Virus record (IMG/VR): IMGVR_UViG_3300038551_000101 | Location: 1-52,350 of that record | DNA length: 52,350 nt | Reading direction: 5' to 3' (one strand) | Source: a virus | Taxonomy: Duplodnaviria > Caudoviricetes | Part shown: positions 18,458 to 26,172 of the stretch, piece by piece | Layout of the letters: each line of letters starts with the position of its first letter | Numbering within the stretch: the first letter of the stretch is position 1 | The notes under the pieces: generated by a model | What the model saw: only the letters and a program-made list of their open reading frames with translations | What the model was told of the DNA's origin: nothing | Database searches by the model: none | Translations under genes and position numbers: made by a program

Positions 18458-18976
18458 CTACGCCTTTTTTCTTAAATTTAATTTTTTTCCATTTCTATAA
18501 AAATCATTATCAGCATTTGCTCGTTTCGCGACCTCTTGAGGTGTTAATACCGGTGTCTCAATTGCTTCTTTTTTATCCCATTTACAAGCCTTAACTCTTT
18601 TTAAAAGCGTTGAATAGTTAATCCCATTTTGTTGTGCTTGTTTTATTTGTTCTTCTGTAAAAGGGCGTTTCGCTCTTCTAGCATCTAATGATAGTTGTAA
18701 TACTTCTTTTCTTGTTTTAGGAGGTGTTGTCGCTGCTATCACTGCATCCCATCCTTCTTGTCGTCTCCTTCTAAATGTTCGTTCAGATACGCCATTTTCT
18801 AGTGCAATTTGTTTGAATTCTTTCCAACCTCTATTTTTGGTTTTCCTTACTGGTGTTGTTATGGCCTTTTCTTTATTCCAGCGGTAAATATAAACTCGAT
18901 CACTTAATAATTTATTACTAATTCCGAACGCTTCTGCTCTCTTATAGTCTTCATCAGTAATGTAATATCCAGTCAT
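18458..18976 (-). CDS. Repeat-HTH-like phage protein, paralog 2
   Basis: YYITDEDYKRAEAFGIS... aligns with 14305..14826. Confidence 0.7.
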   Translation of the reverse strand: MTGYYITDEDYKRAEAFGISNKLLSDRVYIYRWNKEKAITTPVRKTKNRGWKEFKQIALENGVSERTFRRRRQEGWDAVIAATTPPKTRKEVLQLSLDARRAKRPFTEEQIKQAQQNGINYSTLLKRVKACKWDKKEAIETPVLTPQEVAKRANADNDFYRNGKKLNLRKKA

Positions 18977-19017
18977 TGTAACGGTTTCCTTTCGCTTTTC
19001 CTCACCTCTTGAAATAA

Positions 19018-19443
19018 TTAATTGGAACAACGTCTGCCTGTTTCAATAGGTGGTATTGTAGCCGCCAATTCTATATCCCATTTATAATTACGTATCCGAG
19101 AATAAAATGTTTGATAATTAATACCGTTCTTCTCAGCTAACTCAGCCATTTCTTTAATCAAATTAGATGTTTTTCTAACTGGTTTCGTCGCCGCTTCTTC
19201 TGGAGTAAACCCTAAGGAAATACGACTATAAAATGTATTAGGATTCATTCCGTTTTGAACTGCGATTCCTAACCATATTTCAGATTGACTTTGCTTTGAT
19301 TTACGTTTCTTACCAGGTGGCGTTGTTATCGCTTCTTCCTTATCCCAAGCACAGTTATAAACTCGATTTCTTAATGTATTCTTGTTTATTCCATGAGCTT
19401 CCGCACGTTTATAATCAGATTGATTTAAAATCCCCTTTTTCAT
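19018..19443 (-). CDS. Repeat-HTH-like phage protein, paralog 3
   Basis: DYKRAEAHGINKNTLRNRVYNCAWDKEEAITTP and two further repeats. Confidence 0.7.
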   Translation of the reverse strand: MKKGILNQSDYKRAEAHGINKNTLRNRVYNCAWDKEEAITTPPGKKRKSKQSQSEIWLGIAVQNGMNPNTFYSRISLGFTPEEAATKPVRKTSNLIKEMAELAEKNGINYQTFYSRIRNYKWDIELAATIPPIETGRRCSN

Positions 19444-19456
19444 TTCAATCCCCCTA

Positions 19457-19723
19457 CTAATCTAGTTCCATAATCTCTGCCAATGACCACTTACTTATCA
19501 CTGTTTTTATAATTTGAATTTTCCCGTATCTTCCTTTTGCAGATTCTTCTGCATCTGTTGCATTCTTTTCTTCAAACCAATCAATTTTCTGCTTCTCGTC
19601 TTGATCATAGAAGTGAACCTCGTATACCGTTATGTCGCTAGGCTTCGCAAGAAATCGTTCTGCCGTGCTTGTTGCAGTATAATCAAAACTTCCCACAACA
19701 TCCTCCAGCGTTAACTGTTTCAT
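19457..19723 (-). CDS. Hypothetical phage protein
   Basis: 88 aa, MKQLTLED start. Confidence 0.65.
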   Translation of the reverse strand: MKQLTLEDVVGSFDYTATSTAERFLAKPSDITVYEVHFYDQDEKQKIDWFEEKNATDAEESAKGRYGKIQIIKTVISKWSLAEIMELD

Positions 19724-20007
19724 GCTCCTAATCCCATTGGACGCGATTTGATTAGTTTTTTATCTGCCTGATCCATAATCAATGCTGCGATTTCTAATTG
19801 ATGTCTTCCCATATCCACCGCAATCTCAATAAAGCTTTTTCCTTCTTTCCACATTTCTTGAAATCGAATCACTTCATTTTCATCAAATACCAGGTCCAAC
19901 TCTTCTAGAGCGATATATAAATTACGACGCGATTTCTTCATGTACTTTCTCTGTTGCAACGCCATTGTGTAATTTTCCTTTTCCAAATCCGTTCCAAGTC
20001 TCGGCAT
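19720..20007 (-). CDS. HTH DNA-binding protein
   Basis: MWKEGKSFIEIAVDMGRHQLEIAALIMD. Confidence 0.7.
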   Translation of the reverse strand: MPRLGTDLEKENYTMALQQRKYMKKSRRNLYIALEELDLVFDENEVIRFQEMWKEGKSFIEIAVDMGRHQLEIAALIMDQADKKLIKSRPMGLGA

Positions 20008-20194
20008 CCCATTTCCCCTCCGTTTGTAATTTATGAATTTCTCTTAATTCCGCCATAATGGTATGACGCTTTCTATCTATTTCCTCTGGCGTTTGATTTG
20101 CTGCTTCGCAAACACATGGTCCAAACTGATACATTCCCATGCCAATTCCGTTTTGAATCACTCCAGTTCCGTTACACGCGCACATAATCGTCAC
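19922..20194 (-). CDS. Zinc-binding hypothetical protein
   Basis: CACNGTG...PCVC. Confidence 0.6.
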   Translation of the reverse strand: MTIMCACNGTGVIQNGIGMGMYQFGPCVCEAANQTPEEIDRKRHTIMAELREIHKLQTEGKWDAETWNGFGKGKLHNGVATEKVHEEIAS

Positions 20195-20639
20195 CCTTTC
20201 TTATTACCACTTCAATATCACGTTCTGATATTTGAGCTACTGCAAAAGCCATGTTATTATGACCGGCGATTTTTACTCTTAACTTGTTGAAGATGTACAG
20301 CAACTCTTTGTTTGAAAATTCAGTTTTTTTACCTGTTGGTTTTCTCAGTAATTCACCTTCCGTTTTTTCTAACACATCAATTTCTATACTGAATTTATCT
20401 TCATCAATCTTTTGATGCACTTCTCTTATGGTCTTACGAAATCCATAATGTTTACCTACCGCTTTTATCAAATCGAACAACATTTTCCTTTCAATCCTTC
20501 TTACAGTTGGATCGCCATAGCATATTGAACAAGCTGTTATCTTTTTCTCTTCAATGTACACTTCGTAGATGTCGATGTTATCAATGGCTGCTGCGCATAT
20601 ATCACAAAACGGTTTGGACGGTGCTTCGTAATTTAACAA
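20172..20639 (-). CDS. Hypothetical protein with N-terminal zinc finger
   Basis: CDIC...CSIC. Confidence 0.65.
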   Translation of the reverse strand: MLNYEAPSKPFCDICAAAIDNIDIYEVYIEEKKITACSICYGDPTVRRIERKMLFDLIKAVGKHYGFRKTIREVHQKIDEDKFSIEIDVLEKTEGELLRKPTGKKTEFSNKELLYIFNKLRVKIAGHNNMAFAVAQISERDIEVVIRKGDDYVRV

Positions 20640-20654
20640 TTTTGGTTCCCCCTT

Positions 20655-21500
20655 TTAAAATTCAAGTTTTCTCCTTCTGAAATCTTTGGTTTCTTTAAAT
20701 ACAATAGACAACCTGTTTCCTAATAACCGTGACACAATTCGTTCGTCATACGCTTCTTCTATTCTGTCGCCAGATAAATTCGTTGTGATAATTGTTGCTT
20801 TACCTTGTCTTCCGTCAAAAATCGAGAATAATATTGTATTTATAAAACGAGTAGCTTTATCATTGCCGTTTAAAGCCCCTAACTCTGCGCCTAGGTCATC
20901 TAAGATGAGAAACTCAACTTCCACTAACCTGCGAATGATATCGTCTTCTGTGAGGGCGCTGTCTTTGTTAAATGTGCTTTTTATTTTCCTAACAAGTTCA
21001 CTCATCGTAATAAAAACAACTTCCCTGTTTCTCTCTTGTAATGTTTTTCCAATGGCATACGCTAAATGAGTTTTTCCTGCTCCGCAATTACCAACCAATA
21101 ACAAATTAATTTTTCGATTATCCAATAAATCTTTTGCTGCTTGTATTGCTGCTTGTGCATTATCTCTAGCTTCATCGCTTGTAGGATGATAATTTTCAAA
21201 TCTCGCATTCTTAATTGCAATATCTGCTATCAAACTTTCTTTTTCAAAAGCCATTTTTTTCTCGTTATCCTTAAATTCATTCCAACGTGCATTTTCTGAT
21301 TCGATAATAGGTTGTGCTTGCTCCCGGCTATAGCAAATTGGACATGTTGGTTTACCATCATTTATTCCTTTTACACATAACATTGGAAAAGGTTTTTTAT
21401 GATTTTCGCTATTATTACAAACATCAGAACTCATACTGGAATTCGCCTTTTTGACTAAATGTTTTATTACCGGATTCGTTGTTACCTGAACGGTTTCCAT
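20655..21500 (-). CDS. DnaC/IstB-like AAA+ helicase loader
   Basis: GNCGAGKT, LILDDLG, TIITTNL, ERIVSRL. Confidence 0.92.
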   Translation of the reverse strand: METVQVTTNPVIKHLVKKANSSMSSDVCNNSENHKKPFPMLCVKGINDGKPTCPICYSREQAQPIIESENARWNEFKDNEKKMAFEKESLIADIAIKNARFENYHPTSDEARDNAQAAIQAAKDLLDNRKINLLLVGNCGAGKTHLAYAIGKTLQERNREVVFITMSELVRKIKSTFNKDSALTEDDIIRRLVEVEFLILDDLGAELGALNGNDKATRFINTILFSIFDGRQGKATIITTNLSGDRIEEAYDERIVSRLLGNRLSIVFKETKDFRRRKLEF

Positions 21501-22356
21501 TTTTATCAGTTCCTTTCGTTTTTTCCTCTTTCACTTCAATCACCAAACGATCCCATTGCTTTCTTAATTTAGATGGAGATAAAATATTCTTTCTCCAAAA
21601 TGAATTGTTCTGCGACCACTTAATCAGGTACGTGATTTGTTCGTTTGTTTTTTTATCACGTTCTCGTATTAAACGAAATTCATTTGCCCATTTATCTAAA
21701 TCAGGTTTTTTATGATCAGGATTCGTATCTAAAATAAATTTAAATAACAATTCAGCATGCTCCATGTCGCAAGTTTCAAACTTGAGACGAGAAGTCTTTT
21801 TAGGTGTAGTAATCTTTGTAGTATTCTCTGTAGTAATCTTTGTATTTGTCTTACGTTCTAACGTAGGAGGGTCCTCCGTTTTATCGGGGGAGGGTGGTAC
21901 GTTAGAATGTAAGACCCTCTTACGTTCTAACGTACCAGGGTCTTGATATAAAATTGAAATTTTCATTATTTCTTCCGGTACTGGCTCTATAAACATTACA
22001 TTGTTATGTTTCATGCCATTTATTACAAGAGTCCTAAGTTCTGTTTTAACAAGCTTTTTATCTTTCAAATAATCACATGCATCTTTTACTTGCCTTTTAG
22101 TGAACCCGAATGTTTCCGCAAGCTGCGCATAACTTTTCTGTAATTTATCCGCTTTAAACTTTTGTTTGTAAGAAATATCATTTGTTTCTTCATCTCTTAT
22201 TTCAGTCGGTGTATACCAGTAATAGACTTCACTTAATAAAACTATTGCCACCACATATGGCTTTCCATTTTCTAAAGTAAGATGTTTAAACCACCCTTGA
22301 TCCATCGTATTACCCCGTAAGTTTATTCTTGCGACTTTCATTACATTGTTGTTCAT
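21424..22356 (-). CDS. Phage lytic replication initiator
   Basis: N-terminal wHTH, C-terminal FWRKNILSPSKLRKQWDRL; adjacent to loader; internal iterons. Confidence 0.85.
   Translation of the reverse strand: MNNNVMKVARINLRGNTMDQGWFKHLTLENGKPYVVAIVLLSEVYYWYTPTEIRDEETNDISYKQKFKADKLQKSYAQLAETFGFTKRQVKDACDYLKDKKLVKTELRTLVINGMKHNNVMFIEPVPEEIMKISILYQDPGTLERKRVLHSNVPPSPDKTEDPPTLERKTNTKITTENTTKITTPKKTSRLKFETCDMEHAELLFKFILDTNPDHKKPDLDKWANEFRLIRERDKKTNEQITYLIKWSQNNSFWRKNILSPSKLRKQWDRLVIEVKEEKTKGTDKNGNRSGNNESGNKTFSQKGEFQYEF
21852..21934. repeat. Iterons of the lytic origin within the initiator gene
   Basis: TACGTTCTAACGTA at 21852 and 21921; inverted variant TACGTTAGAATGTA at 21898. Confidence 0.7.
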
Positions 22357-22564
22357 CTGATTCACCTTCTCCATCTAATCGCTCACATATTGCAAAGCTG
22401 CTATTAATATCAATTTCTAGCAAGTTATAACCTTTATAATTTTTCTTCAGATATGTTTTTACTAGTTTTTCAAGATCCTGGCGTGATGCCGCCTTTTTAA
22501 AAATCGCTGCACTTATTAAAACTCTGTGTACTTCCTTTCGGTCAAACACTGCCAGTCCTCCCAT
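22310..22564 (-). CDS. Hypothetical protein
   Basis: 84 aa, AAGGAGG RBS. Confidence 0.6.
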   Translation of the reverse strand: MGGLAVFDRKEVHRVLISAAIFKKAASRQDLEKLVKTYLKKNYKGYNLLEIDINSSFAICERLDGEGESDEQQCNESRKNKLTG

Positions 22565-22575
22565 ATCATTCCTCC

Positions 22576-22672
22576 TTGTATTTAGGAGAAAACATTTGGT
22601 ATAATATTGTTAATATTGTTGCGTCAATATTTTGTTTTCTCCAGAGTCGATTAGGGGTAATCGACTCTTTTA
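22576..22672 (+). ncRNA. Candidate short antisense RNA (promoter plus terminator)
   Basis: TTGTAT-18-TATAAT with upstream TG, then AGAGTCGATTA-GGGG-TAATCGACTCT-TTT. Confidence 0.5.
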
Positions 22673-22772
22673 TTTTGTTTTGATGCTATGCGCATCATCA
22701 TGGCTAAGAACGAGGTGGAGAGGTGTGGGTGTCCGCTCCCAGCCATGATGACAAGCATAGGCTTGTCCACCC

Positions 22773-22961
22773 CTATAACATAAGTACTTCTAAGACTTCT
22801 TTCGCGCATCGCTTATGTTCTTTATCCCATCGATTCATTTCTTCTTTATTTCCTCTTAATTCGGCGATCAGTTCTTTAAAGGAATACTGGGCCATACACT
22901 CATGTCGTTTTTCTATGTAAGATGCTTTTTCTTCTTGCGTCATTACTGGTGCTGCACTCAT
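22773..22961 (-). CDS. Hypothetical protein
   Basis: MSAAPVMTQEE..., ATGA-coupled. Confidence 0.55.
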   Translation of the reverse strand: MSAAPVMTQEEKASYIEKRHECMAQYSFKELIAELRGNKEEMNRWDKEHKRCAKEVLEVLML

Positions 22962-23083
22962 CGTTTCACATCCTTTGACCAACCTGTTTTTTTATCCCAA
23001 ATATCAATCAAATGTACCGCAATAACTGCTGTACAAATCACCACAGCGACAATAAATAAAGATAGTTCACTTTGTTGTTCCAT
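22958..23083 (-). CDS. Small single-TM protein (41 aa)
   Basis: Not in track. MEQQSELSLFIVAVVICTAVIAVHLIDIWDKKTGWSKDVKR, AGGAGG RBS. Confidence 0.6.
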   Translation of the reverse strand: MEQQSELSLFIVAVVICTAVIAVHLIDIWDKKTGWSKDVKR

Positions 23084-23116
23084 CTCAATCTCCTCCTGAT
23101 TTTTATTCCAGTGGAT

Positions 23117-23359
23117 CTATGATGTCAGTTTGTCCTTCTTGTCCTTCTTAACTCGCGTTACGCGAGTGGGGTTATAAAAAAAATTATCTGCTGATACTCC
23201 ATAAAACTCCGCAATTCTCATAGCTATATTCCATCTTGGATTCTTCTTACCATTTTCAATCTCACAATAGTAATTCGAAGAAATATCTAGAATTTTAGCT
23301 ACTTCAAACTGCTTTAAACGTTTACTTTCCCGCAATTTGATTAACCATTCTCTTTTCAT
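23117..23359 (-). CDS. cro: Cro-like XRE HTH regulator
   Basis: 80-aa XRE HTH, first gene of the lytic operon, divergent from cI. Confidence 0.8.
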   Translation of the reverse strand: MKREWLIKLRESKRLKQFEVAKILDISSNYYCEIENGKKNPRWNIAMRIAEFYGVSADNFFYNPTRVTRVKKDKKDKLTS

Positions 23360-23468
23360 GTTTACCTCCGATGTCTTATGTTTGATTTTAGTATACTCGC
23401 GTTTCGCGAATATGTAAATACCCTTTTTAAAAATTTTCAGAATTAAAATAAATTCGCGGAGCGCGAAA
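23151..23468. promoter_or_regulatory. Three 17-bp immunity operators
   Basis: ACTCGCGTTACGCGAGT (23151), ACTCGCGTTTCGCGAAT (23395), ATTCGCGGAGCGCGAAA (23452). Confidence 0.8.
23390..23418 (-). promoter_or_regulatory. SigA lytic promoter (Pcro)
   Basis: TTTACA-17 bp-TATACT, with an operator filling the spacer. Confidence 0.75.
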
Positions 23469-23475
23469 AAAACAA

Positions 23476-23503
23476 TTGATTTTGTCTTATGAAATGGTAT
23501 CTT
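23476..23503 (+). promoter_or_regulatory. SigA promoter for cI
   Basis: TTGATT-16 bp-TATCTT with extended TG. Confidence 0.55.
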
Positions 23504-23525
23504 TATTTATAGGGAGGTTTTTCTT

Positions 23526-23873
23526 ATGAATATCGGGGAACGTTTAAAATATTTACGAAACAAAAGAAAATGGACTATGAAAGAGACTTCTTCTAAAATA
23601 GGAGTTAGTGACTCTACTTATAGTGGATATGAAACGAATTATAGAAAACCAGATGCTGAAATGATCTGTAAATTAGCAGAATTGCATAATACATCAACAG
23701 ACTTCATCCTTTGTAAAACAGATGATCCTTCATTAGAAAAAGAAGTTACATCTAACATCAAGGATTTTTTTGATAATCAAGCGCTACATTGGGATGGAAA
23801 AGAATTATCTAAAGATGATATAGAAAGTCTAAAAGATCTGCTTGAAATAGCAGTAAAAAGAATGCTGAAGTAA
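23526..23873 (+). CDS. cI: cI-like XRE immunity repressor (no peptidase domain)
   Basis: XRE HTH plus C-terminal LHWDGKELS domain; divergent from cro. Confidence 0.8.
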   Translation: MNIGERLKYLRNKRKWTMKETSSKIGVSDSTYSGYETNYRKPDAEMICKLAELHNTSTDFILCKTDDPSLEKEVTSNIKDFFDNQALHWDGKELSKDDIESLKDLLEIAVKRMLK

Positions 23874-23875
23874 TG

Positions 23876-23910
23876 AAAAAAGGATTAGCAATTAAGCTAT
23901 TCCTTTTTTT
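23876..23910. terminator. Bidirectional terminator between cI and the aimX-position ORF
   Basis: AAAAAAGGATTAGC-AATTAA-GCTATTCCTTTTTTT. Confidence 0.7.
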
Positions 23911-24056
23911 GTTTGCTGTTTATTTTGAAAAGCTCGTATTTCCTTATCAGATAATAAACCTTGTTTGCTTAGCTTCTCTAAAACGGTTTCTACGTCTCCA
24001 GTTACGCTCCCGCTCCCCATTAACACTTGAATCATTTGTTTCGCTTTCTTCTCCAT
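23892..24056 (-). CDS. Candidate arbitrium effector (aimX position), 54 aa
   Basis: Not in track. MEKKAKQMIQVLMGSGSVTGDVETVLEKLSKQGLLSDKEIRAFQNKQQTKKGIA; GGAGG 9 nt upstream. Confidence 0.6.
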   Translation of the reverse strand: MEKKAKQMIQVLMGSGSVTGDVETVLEKLSKQGLLSDKEIRAFQNKQQTKKGIA

Positions 24057-24245
24057 CTCCATCATCCTCCAACATTTTTTATAAGGTAAATCTTAGTTAC
24101 AGTATATAATCCCCTTTAAACTTTCCTTAGTTGTTCGTAATAAATGACAATCCTCATTCTCTAGATTCCACTGTAAATCATAAAGTGGAAAGTTTTTGTC
24201 GTTTTCGGAAAAGGAAAGTAAAAAAACTTTCCAATCCCTATAACG

Positions 24246-24284
24246 TAGAAATGACACTATCCATTTAGAATAGTGTCATTTCTA
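24246..24284. promoter_or_regulatory. 15-bp inverted repeat downstream of aimP (terminator or regulator site)
   Basis: TAGAAATGACACTAT-9 nt-ATAGTGTCATTTCTA. Confidence 0.65.
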
Positions 24285-24304
24285 TTATTATTTATCTATA
24301 TTAA

Positions 24305-24445
24305 TCAACCGCCACCCGGGTTAGGGTCCATATATAAAACTTGCGGTTCTACTTCTTTAACTTTATCTTGTTTTGTAGCCGGAATAAATGTAAACGTCGC
24401 AGCAGCAGCTACCACTAAAACAAGCTTTAATACTTTGTTTTTCAA
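24305..24445 (-). CDS. aimP: Arbitrium pro-peptide AimP (46 aa)
   Basis: Not in track. TTG start after AAGGTGGTG; MKNKVLKLVLVVAAAATFTFIPATKQDKVKEVEPQVLYMDPNPGGG has a signal peptide and Pro/Gly C-terminus; directly after aimR. Confidence 0.88.
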   Translation of the reverse strand: MKNKVLKLVLVVAAAATFTFIPATKQDKVKEVEPQVLYMDPNPGGG

Positions 24446-24472
24446 ACATTCCACCACCTTTATATCAATAAA

Positions 24473-25669
24473 TTAATTATAACATTTTAATGCGTTAATA
24501 GGTAGAGAAATATAGAAAAAATCCCCTGTTTTAGAAAAAAATTCTACTGACTTTTCTAAGTATTTTTTGTCTCCTGTTGCAACCCCTAAATAATATAATT
24601 GAAAGGCACTAAGTCTTCCATTTTGCTTTTCAAGCCCTTTCAATATTTCTATTGCTTCTTCATTTTTTTCAGTTTTTATATAGAAATAAGCTAATTCTGC
24701 TAAATCTAATTTTGTACGATCAATAGTATCAAGCTCTTTTCCATGGTGTATTTTTAAAAACAAGAGAACATTTAATATTCGATTCCTTCTTGTTTTTAGC
24801 TTTTTATTTGTAGGTTCACCAAGGATTTTTAAGGCTTGGTCTATATAACCTTTTGCCGTATTGTAATCTGTTAAAGCATAGCTTTCACCAAGTTTACAAT
24901 ACGCAATAGCTTTTGTACTTATATAATAATTAAATGGATCATTTATAATTTCTAGACAAACATCCCTAGCCCCTAATATATCTCCTTCATTATGGAGTTT
25001 AATAACACTTTGCATTTCTTTAATACGCAGTAAAAAAGAATTTTTGTTTGTATGCTTGCTTACTAATCCAATCCTTGGTAATAAGCTTTGTATATACTCA
25101 TTTACTTTTGTATAATCACTAAAATCAAGATACGAATACAAAGCACTAAATTCTGCAATTATCATCAAATCATTTTCCGTATGTTTATGCGAATTTATTT
25201 TCTTTTGGATTTCGTCTAAAAAATCTTTCGCAGTAATAGACCCTTCACTTCTTTTTCTCAACAATTGATAATATTCTGCAATCCTAATATTTGTACGGAT
25301 TGTTAAAGAGTTTCCTTTTTTTAGTTGAGATTCATTAGTTTTACTCTTAAATTTCAATATTTGTTCTATCACCAATTCCTGTAATTCGTATTCCCCAAAC
25401 ATATCCAATACCTCAAGAGCCAATTTTAGGTTTTTTGGAGATAGTGATGGTATATAAGCTTTAATACATTTTCTTCTAAAATCAATATCTTTAGGCCTAT
25501 ACAACCTAAGCAAGTCAACAAAATGCATAAAATCAAATTTACCTTGATCTTTAAAATAACTGTTTACCGTTGTATGAGTTACATTAAAACGAATTGCTAA
25601 TTTTCTATTCGTATATCCATCCGAAATTAATTTTTCACGCATCTTTTTCAAATCCAATACAACTTGCAC
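24473..25669 (-). CDS. aimR: Arbitrium peptide receptor AimR (RRNPP: HTH plus TPR)
   Basis: 398 aa; N-terminal HTH, LGESY motif, C-terminal LSAFQLYYLG...GDFFY; followed by a secreted peptide gene. Confidence 0.9.
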   Translation of the reverse strand: MQVVLDLKKMREKLISDGYTNRKLAIRFNVTHTTVNSYFKDQGKFDFMHFVDLLRLYRPKDIDFRRKCIKAYIPSLSPKNLKLALEVLDMFGEYELQELVIEQILKFKSKTNESQLKKGNSLTIRTNIRIAEYYQLLRKRSEGSITAKDFLDEIQKKINSHKHTENDLMIIAEFSALYSYLDFSDYTKVNEYIQSLLPRIGLVSKHTNKNSFLLRIKEMQSVIKLHNEGDILGARDVCLEIINDPFNYYISTKAIAYCKLGESYALTDYNTAKGYIDQALKILGEPTNKKLKTRRNRILNVLLFLKIHHGKELDTIDRTKLDLAELAYFYIKTEKNEEAIEILKGLEKQNGRLSAFQLYYLGVATGDKKYLEKSVEFFSKTGDFFYISLPINALKCYN

Positions 25670-25756
25670 AGTAGTTGTCCTCCCTTATGGACAATAAAAG
25701 GCACGTAAACCCCACTTTATTGCATATCAGGAAAACGTGTCACACTTTATCTGGGG

Positions 25757-25862
25757 TGTGTTATAATGTTATATGTACAAGATCTGCGACAATGTTCCCT
25801 AGCTGGCTTAGGGGATAGCGTAAGAGTGCGCCAACACTACTTCCGCCGCGGGTCTTTTTTTC
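25757..25862 (+). ncRNA. Candidate antisense RNA to the aimR leader
   Basis: TGTGTTATAAT extended -10; closed multibranch stem 25779-25856 ending in a T-run. Confidence 0.55.
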
Positions 25863-26054
25863 GTCCGTTTTTATTATTTTCATAATATCACAAATTTTAG
25901 AAATATAAGTCGTATGATTGTACGAAAATGAAAAACAATTGTTGAGAAAGTTTTCAAACACTGATATAACAACGTTTGTCAGCGTTTGAAAAATGCATAT
26001 GTAAGTTTTGATCAAGAACTAACATGAATATTTTACCACGCCAATAGCAAAATG

Positions 26055-26068
26055 AGAACACTAGTTCT
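26055..26068. promoter_or_regulatory. LexA (DinR/Cheo) box
   Basis: AGAAC-ACTA-GTTCT, intergenic, between aimR and the divergent XRE gene. Confidence 0.6.
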
Positions 26069-26086
26069 TATATTTTATTAACTTTT

Positions 26087-26133
26087 AGTTTGTAAAACAA
26101 TCATATGTTGATTAAGTGATTGTTTTACAATCA
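26087..26133. promoter_or_regulatory. Pair of 17-bp operators upstream of the second XRE gene
   Basis: TGATTGT-TTT-ACAATCA (26117-26133) and an inverted imperfect copy at 26087-26103. Confidence 0.65.
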
Positions 26134-26172
26134 AGTATAGTATGTTTAATCCTTAAATACTATACTCGAAAT

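Noticed and set aside
21805-21845. 12-bp periodic TGTAGTAATCTT repeat
   Set aside because: Encodes the TKITTENTTKITT linker common in phage initiators; at most part of the origin already listed.
23873-26015. Track ORFs 23873..24109 (+), 24273..24476 (+) and 25761..26015 (-)
   Set aside because: Shadows of the aimX-position ORF, aimP and the regulatory leader; no RBS.
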